A DNA stretch of 62,758 nt, filler included, from Stramenopiles sp. TOSAG23-2 (taxonomy: Eukaryota), in assembly GCA_900128395.1 (NCBI GenBank). It is 15 parts of 15 records of this genome, joined end to end, with 100 filler letters (N's around TTAATTAATTAA, not from the genome) between each part and the next. Parts side by side here need not be neighbours in the genome. Positions count along the whole stretch, not along the records: positions 23,222 to 27,760 come from LT650869.1; positions 27,861 to 32,394 come from LT650870.1; positions 32,495 to 37,028 come from LT650871.1; 12 more parts are not named here. One strand, written 5' to 3'. Under the pieces are notes generated by a model. The model did no database searches and was not told where the DNA came from. It saw nothing but the letters and a program-made list of their open reading frames with translations. A program made the translations under genes and the position numbers. Of this stretch, positions 23,222 through 33,249 are shown one piece after another (the stretch's first letter is position 1; the number at the start of each line of letters is the position of its first letter).

Positions 23222-26200
23222 GTGCAAGTGGTGCTAGTTCATCCGGTGCAAGTGGTGCTAGTTCATCCGGTGCAAGTGGTGCTAGTTCATCTGGTGCAAG
23301 TGGTGCATCCGAATCTGGCGCATCAGGTGCATCCGAATCTGGCGCATCAGGTGCAGCTACTGGTGGTGCTGAGAAAGAAGATCCAATGGACAAACAAGAC
23401 AAACTTGACAAAGCAGCTGAAAAGCAAATGGAAGCTTTGAAATTGCAAGCACAAATTGATGCTCGTGTTCAAGAACGTGAATTGAAAATGAAAAAAGTAA
23501 ATGCAACTCTTGCAGCAGAGAAGAAAGACCGTGATGCGAAAGCAAAGATCGAGGAGGAGAATGTCAAAGGAATGGCAGGCGATGCTGATAAAAAAGCAGC
23601 TGCAGACAAAGACGGCGAGAAAGATGGCGAGAAAAAGAAAGCTGAAGATGAAAAGAAGAAAGAAGAAGGCAAGAAAGCAACGAAGGATGCCGAAGCAAAA
23701 GCGGAGAAAGATGCTAAAGCAGCCGAGGACGAAGACAAAAAAAGTGATGAGAAAGACGAAAAATCCGCTGAGGATAGTGCTAAAAAAGATGGTGCAGCAG
23801 AAGCTGCAGCAGAAAAAGAAGAAGCTAAATTGAAAGGAGATGAAGATAAAGAAGTTGAAAAGGCAAATAAAGAAAAAGAGAAGATGGAAGCAGAAGCTAC
23901 CAAAGAAGGCGATAAAGCTGGTAAAGAAGAAGAGAAAGCTGAAATGGATGCGGTAAAACGCGTCGATCACGACCATCAAAAAGCAATTAAAGAACAATCC
24001 AATCTTGATAAGGAAGAAGCATCAGCACGGAAAGCAGACGACGAAGCGCAAGATAAATTAAATAAGGCATCTGAAGAAGCGAACAAAAAAGCAGATGAGG
24101 CTCGTGAAGCTGCATTGACCAAAGCTAAAAGTGAAACGAAAAAATCTCGTGACGAAGCTGTTGCAAAAGCTGAATCAGAACTAAAGAAATTCCAAAAAGA
24201 ATTAGAAGATGCTGAGAAGAAAACTGTGGAGGAGCATGATAAGGAATACAAATCAGGTGAGACATTGGCAGCAAAGCGACATGCACTTGCTAAAAAATTA
24301 ATCGAAACACGATTTATAGCATTGAAACGTAAATTTGGAGTTGCAGAGAAAAATGCAAAAGCAGAAGCTGCAGAAATCTTGAAAGGTGGAAAAGACCATG
24401 CGACAGATTTATTGTTCGAAGCTACAAAATCAATCAACAAATACAGAGATGCAGTTATTGATGCACAGAAAGCAAGACTTGATGAAGGTAAAGCAAATTT
24501 TGACGCAATCAAAACGAAATCTACAAAAGAATTGAAACGCGCTGAAGAAGTAGCAAAGCATGACTCTGCACAGCAAACAACATCATTCGAAACTGAGAAA
24601 AAGTCCAACGAAGTCAATTTGAAAGCATTGGTTGAGAAAGCGAAGAAAGAAGAAAAAGATACTGCTGAAGAATTTACTAAATTGAAGAAAGCTATCACCG
24701 ATGGTAAAGCCGAAGGGGAGAAACTTTTGAAAGATGCAAAAAAGAAATACGAAACTGATAAAAAAGCTAACGAAGCTAAGATCGAAAAAGCAGAAGCTGA
24801 TAAAAAAGCAGGGGCTACTGAAATTGGAGAATTGAATAAAAAAGTTCTCGAAACGCGTGATAAAATATCCGAGACCAACCGTAATTCATGGTTTGCTGAA
24901 TCTGAAGTAACGAAAGAACAAAGTCGTCAAGATACATTGACCACACAAATCGAACAATTGAAAAAAGACATCGAAGCGCGTAAAAATGCAATTGCAGAAC
25001 GTAAATTAATCGAAGCAGAGGAGGAAAAGAACAAACCACCAGAAGGTGATTTTGAATGCCCAGATGGTACTAAAGTATTCGATCTGACAAATTGCCCAGA
25101 TGGTGGTGGTCCAGTTGAAAAAGCACGCGCGGAAGCTGCAAAGAAATTAAAAGAAACCCAAATCAAGAAACAAAAAGCAGATGCAGAAAAACGTGAAAAA
25201 GACAGTGTAAAAGAAATGGAGGATGCATTGAAAGAATTGGAAAAGGCATTGACTGAATCTAAAGTTGCATTGAAAACTGCCGAGGCTACTACCAAGAAAG
25301 GTAAAGGCGAGGTTGAGAAATTGATGAAAGAGATTAATGGTCATGGTAAAAAAGCTGAAGAAACTGCAGAGAAAATCAAGAAAGCAGCAACTGATGGTGC
25401 TGAAGCAGAACATAAATTGAGAGTTGCCGAGTCTCAATGGATTGCACAGCAAGCTAACCACGATGCAGCTATGGAAGGTTTCAAAAATCGTATGTACACC
25501 TTGGAACAAAGCGAACAGCAAAAAATCCCGTACTTGAAGCAAAACGTAGTAGAAGCAGAAGGTACGTTAAAATTAACGATTGCAAATTTAGAAAACACCC
25601 ATAAAGGTGAATTGTTAAAAATCAATCAAATTTTAGACAAAGAAAAGGCTGATTCGAAAGCAACCATCACCGCAGCAGAAGATGCATTCAAAGCATTGGA
25701 GAAAGAAGTAAAAGCATTGCAAAAAGAAGCTACCGATAAAGCTAAGCAAATGGAAGGACGCGCGAAGACATTAGAAAAATTCCATGTTGATTTGGCAACA
25801 AAACGTAGTGAAGAATTATTAGCAAAGGCAAAAGATATCAAAGAGGCATCAATGATCAAAGCTGAAAATGCAAAAGAAACGCAATTGAAAGCAGCTAAAT
25901 TAAAATTCGACTCTGACAAGACTATCTTGAATCAAGAAAAACAACAGATGGACAACAAAGCACTTGCATTGACTAACAAAAATAAGGCTGAAGTATTGAA
26001 AGAGAAAGCATACCGTAAATTGGAAGATGTACGCTTAGATGCTGCAAATCAACGTGTAGTGAAATTAGAAGCTGCCGTAAAAGCAGCTAAATTACATTTG
26101 CAAGCAAAATTGAAGATGGCATCCACCTTGCAAGCGAAAGCAATGAAAATGGAAGGTAAAGAGAAAGTCCAACCAGATGTAATCCACCAGATTATTGTTA

Positions 26201-26868
26201 ATATCAAAGCTGCAACAATGATGGCAATCCAAGCAAATAAGGATTTGAAAGCATTGGAAGCACGCCATGAAGTTGTTACTCATGACTATGCGTTGTTACA
26301 TGACAAAATCTATGCTGCAAGATCAAGACGTGCTGAACGTACACGTGAGTTAGTTGCGAAAGTTGAGACTGACAAAGCAGAATTTTTCAGTGATGTATCT
26401 ACCAATACATCCGCAAGAGCAGAAAGTTTTTACAAAGATGCTGAAAGTGGCATTGAAGAAATGCGCACTGTCATTGAAGATAGTGTGAATGCTAGGAAAC
26501 ACGGCAAACATTTAGTTGGCCCATTAAATTCATTAAAAAATAGAATTGAGGAAGCACTAGGTAAAGGCGGTGATACTAGTCTAACAACAAGTTTCGAGCC
26601 TATGGATAAAGCATTGGCTGAAGCAAATGTAGCAGCTGCAAATACCGAAATGGAAGGAGACCATTCATCATCCAAAGCATTAGAGGCAAAGGAGACACCC
26701 GATAAATATTATCCATACAGTAAAGGCGGTGAAAATAGCATAGCACCAGCTCAATCAACAGTTGACTCATTAGCCCCAGAGGTAAATTCAGTGGCACGTA
26801 GTAATAGTAATAGTAATAGTTTAATGCCACAACAGGCACCTGAGGAGAATAATGCTATTCCTGAGTAG
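23222..26868 (+). CDS. Very large K/E/A-rich coiled-coil protein with N-terminal 24-bp SGASGASS/SGASESGA repeats, 5'-partial
   Basis: Open from the contig start through 1160+ aa; 24-nt tandem units at 23222-23352; one CPDGTKVFDLTNCP Cys pair in the middle of the helical rod. Confidence 0.85.
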
Positions 26869-27138
26869 ATTATTTTTTGTGTATTTAATAAAATTCGAAA
26901 GTAAAGAAAACAAAATATTTATATTTAAAAAAAAAAAAAAACATATATCTTTGTGTTAAAAAAATTCGAAAAAAAAGAAAAAAAAATATTTAATTTTAAA
27001 AAAAAAAAAAACATATATCTTTGTGTTACTATTTACGTCTCTACTAATATAAATATACTCTAATATATATAAAAATATAAGCCAATTGAGTGTCGTAAAC
27101 GTTATATATTATATAATCTCGTTAAAATATTTTTTTCA

Positions 27139-27760
27139 CTAACACAGCAATGCATTAGATAAACGTCTTGCACCACCCTCAACATAACCGTATTCACTTG
27201 ATGTACAATTTTCTTTCGACCATTTCTCAATTTTTTTACGTTTATACAAAACATGTTGGTTAAAGCATTCTTTTTCTTTACAATCTGTTGATGTTGATTC
27301 ATACGCCCAGTAATTTTCATGTTTTTTATCTGCCCATTTATCAAAAAACATAACGTGCCCTGGTAAATAGTCAATAGGGTTTCCATTTAAATTTAACAAA
27401 TTCATATCAAATTCGTTTTCTTTTTCCTCTTCAAGGTCAACATTTTTATTTTGACAGCGGTGTCGTGGATCCCATGAAAAATCACTGACATGTGTAATAA
27501 TATCACCATATTGTAAATCGTCTATTTTTATCCTTGTAGAATATTTATTTGCACCGTATTCATATGCCTTTACATCCTTTCCAACTTCCAAAGCCCAAGA
27601 TACAAAACCACTACAGTCAGTCGGATAACCCCAGGTTTTATTGACAGAGTGAGAATATGGTACTTTGCCAACCCATTCTGGCATTCTTTTTTTTAACTGA
27701 GACATTTGTTCACAAGATGTTGCAGTTGCAATGGTGCTTGCTAGGAACAACAATACAATT
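27139..27760 (-). CDS. Secreted NlpC/P60-family cysteine peptidase (putative peptidoglycan hydrolase), 5'-partial
   Basis: Signal-peptide-like IVLLFLASTIATA; VPYS...GYPTDCSGFVSWAL (catalytic Cys), LQYGDII, GHVMFFDKWAD (His), YWAYE. Confidence 0.85.
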
Positions 27761-27860
27761 NNNNNNNNNNNNNNNNNNNNNNNNNNNNNNNNNNNNNNNN
27801 NNNNTTAATTAATTAANNNNNNNNNNNNNNNNNNNNNNNNNNNNNNNNNNNNNNNNNNNN

Positions 27861-28285
27861 AAAATATAATTTAATTTACGCATAATTTATTTTTAATTTA
27901 CTCATGATAATTCCTACTCTTCAAAAGAATAAAATAACTGAGAAATAATCTATCTCACACTAGTGTGTTGATATTCTCGTAACAAAAGAAATACATTTTG
28001 ACTTTAAGCCAATAATAAATTATCTATCTCACAAAATGTGTCAATAATTTCTGTAACAGAAATTACCGATGAGGTAAATAGATGTTAATGTCATTACGAA
28101 TATCATAAATTTTTATAAATTTTTACAATATTTTAATTAATTATTTAAAATACGAGTAAATGATGGGTAAATATTAAATTTTATTAAAATAATATAATAT
28201 TTAATCATACGTTGTATTCTTTCTGGAGAGTAGGAATTATCATGAGTAAATTAAAAAATAAATTATGCATTAATTAAATATATAT
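27861..28285. mobile_element. MITE-like non-autonomous element with about 52-bp inverted repeats
   Basis: GCATAATTTATTTTTAATTTACTCATGATAATTCCTACTCTTCAAAAGAATA (27880-27931) is nearly the reverse complement of 28215-28268. A third copy lies at 54726-54807 on another contig. Confidence 0.6.
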
Positions 28286-28531
28286 ATCATAGAGAGAATT
28301 TTTTATATCATAGAGAAAAGAGAATTTTTAATTAATATTTATGTCACAAAATGTGTCAATAACTTCTGTAACGTCAACACAGAAAATTACCGATGAGGTG
28401 AACGTGTTCCACGTCGGGTTCGCTCGAATTATGTCATCTTTCCTCATTTTTTTTTGTTTTTTACGAATTCGGATTATGATATCATATGACATCTATATAT
28501 GGCCATATATATTATATATAAGAGGATGTGT

Positions 28532-29725
28532 CTACATTTTATTATCCTCAATAAATTGATTTCCAGCTTCTATAATAGAAAACAATGTAGCTAAAAGCAT
28601 GTCATCAAGTTCATCATATTTTAAAATTATGCCTAATCGATCAGATGTTAAAGTAAACCCAATAGCAACTAAAACGTCTGCACCACCAGCTATCATTAAT
28701 ATTTTTTCTCTAACTGTTTTACCTTTTAACATTAATTTTTGATATTTTTTTTCTGTTGGATCATTTGCAATATTTTTTACTATTTTTACAATTGTTTCTG
28801 CGCATTTCACTGCCATTTGTTTATCTTTCGCCGATGACAATAATGCCAATGCCATATCTAAATCTGCTCCGCGTTCTTCTGCATCAGAAAAAATAATACT
28901 TGATTCCATGATTATTGAAGTTTCATCCTTTGAAAATGTTTTAATTTTAGCATTGGCTACATTTCTTGTAGTAATACTAGATGTTTGAGTAGCTTGTAAT
29001 ACTCTTTGCAATTGTTGTTGATCGACGGAAGCGTGATGATTTGCTAATGTTGATGAAAACATACTACCACCGCCGCCGCCGCCGCCACTACCGCGATTGT
29101 TACTTGCATCAAACGACGAGACATTATTATTATTAGTAGTAGTTGTAGTAGATAAAGTATTTGTTGTCATTCCACTATTTGCTGCAAGTCCAGTTGCACT
29201 GGTTGACATGACAGTTTTAGTCGGATCAAAACCACCAAAACTTACATTGTTTTGAGTGCGACTTGTATTTTGAAAGCTTTTTTGTGCGCTAGACTTGGCA
29301 GTTCCGCCATTTAAATTGAGGGTACCACCATTGCTGTTGAAATTTTTTTCAAACTTTTCTTGTTCACGCTTTTTCCTTTCTTTCTTTTTTTTGTTTACAA
29401 GGTTATCAAATTTATTCGCACGATTTTCAGCTGCTTCAAGGGCTGCTGCTCTAGCTTGTGCTTGCGCCATTGGGTCTCTTCTTGCATGATTACTTCGTTT
29501 AGTTTGACGACTTCTTTGTCGTTGCGATTGTCGTTGCGTATTTACACGTGCCGTTGTGGTTGACTGAGATGATGCCGCAGTACCAAGAGTCTATCATATA
29601 TACATATTGTAATGTTAGAATTATATAATATAAATAAAAAATATAATAAATTGTAATAAAGATAGACAAACAGAGATACTTACATTTCCTTTTCCTTTAA
29701 ACCCTTTATTTTGTTGATTTCCCAT
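28532..29725 (-). CDS. p97/Cdc48 cofactor with SHP box, VIM and PUB domain (UBXN6/PUX-like, no UBX); exons 29725-29684 and 29590-28532, intron 29591-29683
   Basis: Splicing AAT|GTAAGT...TAG|ACT gives MGNQQNKGFKGKGNTLG (SHP, FxGxGxxLG). RAAALEAAENR fits the VIM consensus Rx5AAx2R. PUB domain: TIVKIVKNIANDPTEKKYQKL...GGADVLVAIGF. Confidence 0.85.
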
Positions 29726-30262
29726 TTTATCTACGTGTTTTACTGTTTTCAATATGATTTATGTATATATATATATATATATAGTTCTGTTTATTACACA
29801 TCTTCTGTTTTAGTTTCTTCAATATTTTTTTTCTCATTTTTAGATCTATTAATCTAGAATTAATAAAATATAATAACTTGTTGTTTTTTTGTTGCGGGGG
29901 TATTTCTGGCACAACAAACCAAGAAGCGCAGAGTCTTTTAGTCTTTTCCCAGCTGAGATTTCCAGCTACTATATTATTATATATTTTATTATTCTTATAC
30001 CAGGACTTAAGGTATTATTCGAGGCTTTTCATTTTTTCATTTTTTTCTTTTTGTTCAAAGTCAATGTGATGGATATATTTTAATACAAGGTACATCCATA
30101 ATAGGCACCTCTATAAGTATCATTATATATGTTTTTTTTATTTTTTATTAAAATACGAACGCGATGTATATATATTTTATATATATATACATATATATAT
30201 ATATATAAAATGTACGAATTTTCCACCCCTCTTTTTAATTCCTCTTTATCTCTTTTATAATT

Positions 30263-31588
30263 TTAAGCAAATTGATGACAATCCCGTTCTAATTCTTTCT
30301 CCACTTCAATTTCTGGCATAATGTGATCTTTTTCATCAGCAAATATCTTACCTTGATCTGCCCAATGATCGCGTGTTGCTCGCCCTGGAAAATACTCAAT
30401 TGCAATATTTACTTGCTTTTCAATTTCTGGTGTCATATTTGCAATTTGTCTCCATGTATAAATTTCGATGGCATGTAATTTATTTTCAATGAATGGACCA
30501 ATACCTTTTATACGCTGTAAATCATCTCGTTCAAAGAAAAATGCATGTCCAATAATGTGTAAAGGAATGTCAACTACATTTTGTGCTATACGTGCTAATT
30601 CATCTTTCTCCGAAATTACCTCCTCAGATAATTCATGAAATAATCTGCTTGCTTCATCTGCCCATTTATGTTCTTTTTCTTTCACATGTTCAATAACATC
30701 CATGACAACATGTTCAAGTTCTTCTTCCAAATGCATTATTTGATGAAATGTAAATAAACCAGCAGCAAATAATTTCTTTTCTACCCATTCCGTCACACCA
30801 GGCAATTGTTTTAAATCATCCCGTTCATGTGGCTTTGATTTTGGTATTTTATTGTATGGAATATGTTTACTTCGTTTATTAACACGCTTTAATACAACAC
30901 GTTCTTCTGATGGATGAGTTGGCTCTACAAATTTTGCAACTGCAACTTTTTTATGGTGCTTCAATTTATTTATTATTTTAATTTCATGTATTTTCTCATA
31001 ATAATTACCTTGCCACATATACAATACGGCACCAATAATTGTTAAGATATGTAAAATTTCCAATTCATCTTTTGCTTCATCTCGTCTTAAATATCCTGGG
31101 CAAATAGTAGGATCTTTATAATCACATACTAAATATCGTTGTGTAACTAAAAATAATCTAGGAAATAAGTAAAAGAGCAACAATATTGTTGCACCCATTT
31201 TCTCATAACCTATCCCTAGTATGGTGATACCAATCATTTCAAGGTAGCACATGATTTCATCAATAACAAATAAAACTGAATGGGATATCATTAGATATGG
31301 CACTATATGATCTGTATCCCGATCCATACGTTTCTTGCTTACTATTCGTGTATAAGCTGAAAATGCAATCCAAGTGCAAAATAACATACGTGCTAATACG
31401 CGTACATACCATTGAAAATCATATGCATTTGCAGTGTGGCGAGAATATTTGACCGTTTCTACACGCTCTTCTTCGTTTCCATCAGCATCAACGGTTGTAG
31501 TACGAGTAGTATTAGACACTGTGTCGTTATCACTTTTTGATTTTTTTCTACTTTTATTTTTTGGTGTTTTGGTTCTTTTCGAAGGCAT
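30263..31588 (-). CDS. DoxX/SURF4-like membrane protein fused to two COG3743-type helix-hairpin-helix domains
   Basis: About four TM segments (VLARMLFCTWIAFSAY...LEMIGITILGIG...ILTIIGAVLYMW), then DDLKQLPGVTEWVEKKLFAAGLFTFHQI and DDLQRIKGIGPFIENKLHAIEIYTWRQIANMTPEIEKQVNIAIEYFPGRATRDHWADQ. Confidence 0.75.
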   Translation of the reverse strand: MPSKRTKTPKNKSRKKSKSDNDTVSNTTRTTTVDADGNEEERVETVKYSRHTANAYDFQWYVRVLARMLFCTWIAFSAYTRIVSKKRMDRDTDHIVPYLMISHSVLFVIDEIMCYLEMIGITILGIGYEKMGATILLLFYLFPRLFLVTQRYLVCDYKDPTICPGYLRRDEAKDELEILHILTIIGAVLYMWQGNYYEKIHEIKIINKLKHHKKVAVAKFVEPTHPSEERVVLKRVNKRSKHIPYNKIPKSKPHERDDLKQLPGVTEWVEKKLFAAGLFTFHQIMHLEEELEHVVMDVIEHVKEKEHKWADEASRLFHELSEEVISEKDELARIAQNVVDIPLHIIGHAFFFERDDLQRIKGIGPFIENKLHAIEIYTWRQIANMTPEIEKQVNIAIEYFPGRATRDHWADQGKIFADEKDHIMPEIEVEKELERDCHQFA

Positions 31589-33249
31589 TCTTGTATATTA
31601 TTAAATTTTATAAGTAAATATCTATATAATTATTTATAGCTAATTATACAAACAGCACATATACATATATATATATATATGTATATTCTGAAAATAATAA
31701 TATCTCTAGACAATATATATATATATAATATTCCCATATAAATTGTATAATACCAGTATACAAATTCAAGCTTAATATAATTAATATAATAATAATAAGT
31801 GTGCCAAGCCCCTTGCCACAGGCTTCACAGTGTGCCGCATGACCGAGTCCTGAAAAATTTCCTTAATCCCCAAGCGATGGATACTACTCAGTCTTCCATA
31901 TGATTCCCTGTATGGGTATTTAATTAAGTATATAAGTTATTAAATATTTCAGTGATAAAAAACTTACTGTAATTAGTATATTTTTTACTATCTAAATTAA
32001 AAATTAGGAGCTATGTGCTTGGTCACATTGGCATTATAATAGCATTGCCACATCAGTACTGTATAATACCAGGTATTAAATACAATCAGGATTGATGAAT
32101 GATTTAAATTGGTGTTGTGTAAAAAGCAAAAAAGATATTAAGTTTTATTTTGATTATTGATGATATATACGAGAAGACATTGTTGTGTTGTGTTTTTTGT
32201 ATATTTGTTTGTACAAGTATATATATATATGACATATCCCCATAGAAAGGTATATATATATATATAGACATATTGTGTTTACATTAATATTCTTCACGAT
32301 AGTATATAGGTGACATATACATATAGATATATTGTGTAATTAATACATAGAGAGATATATAATAAAGAATTCTATTATTATTATTAATTTTTGANNNNNN
32401 NNNNNNNNNNNNNNNNNNNNNNNNNNNNNNNNNNNNNNTTAATTAATTAANNNNNNNNNNNNNNNNNNNNNNNNNNNNNNNNNNNNNNNNNNNNGAGAAA
32501 GGATGTGGTGGATTAAGCGCATGCGGTGTTCGTAGACAGGGAGATTAGAGCTTTATTATAGTAGATATAAATGGTGATATATTATAAAATTTATACTTAG
32601 TATAATATAAATCGTACTTAAATTATACTATATCCTCTCATCATCAACCAAAAAAAATTATAAACCTCCCCCCCCTTTTCATTTTTCCAGTTACAGTGCC
32701 TAAAAAAACACCTCGTATTGTAGTAATTTACAATACTAACAAATTTTAGTAATTCTGATTTAGCACTATCATACAATGGATTAAAAATTACTACACAAAT
32801 TACTAATAAATTACTAAATTACTAAATGTATATATCATCCTTAACAAATCACCAATGCTATGTACCTGCAATAATAATATTTTAGTAAAATTACTACTAC
32901 AATGTTGAAAGATTTTTCTGTAAATAAACTGTTATAAATAAAGCGGATCCGATCTAATTACAAAACGAATGTTTGAGTTTGAAATGTTTTGTAATAGTAT
33001 TCATTATCTGGATTTGCTTTTTCAAAATCAACAAATCAACTTCTATCGATCCAATTCATTTGGTGTGGCATCAGTTTTTTGAAAGTTGCACCATCGTCTT
33101 GTGTAGGTGTTATGTGGAAACGTAGGCATAATTTAAACACAATATAATAATTTCCGTATAGCCAGCAATATATGTTTTCATAAATTAGATCTATTCGGTG
33201 GTGGATATATTGCAACACATATTATTTTCTTTACGTGCTTGAACATAAA

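Noticed and set aside
23347-26839. Many Phe/Ser/Leu-rich minus-strand ORFs
   Set aside because: Antisense shadows of the K/E/A-rich coiled-coil gene.
26891-27028. Imperfect tandem duplication of about 70 bp between convergent genes
   Set aside because: Low-complexity poly-A 3' region; probably slippage or assembly noise.
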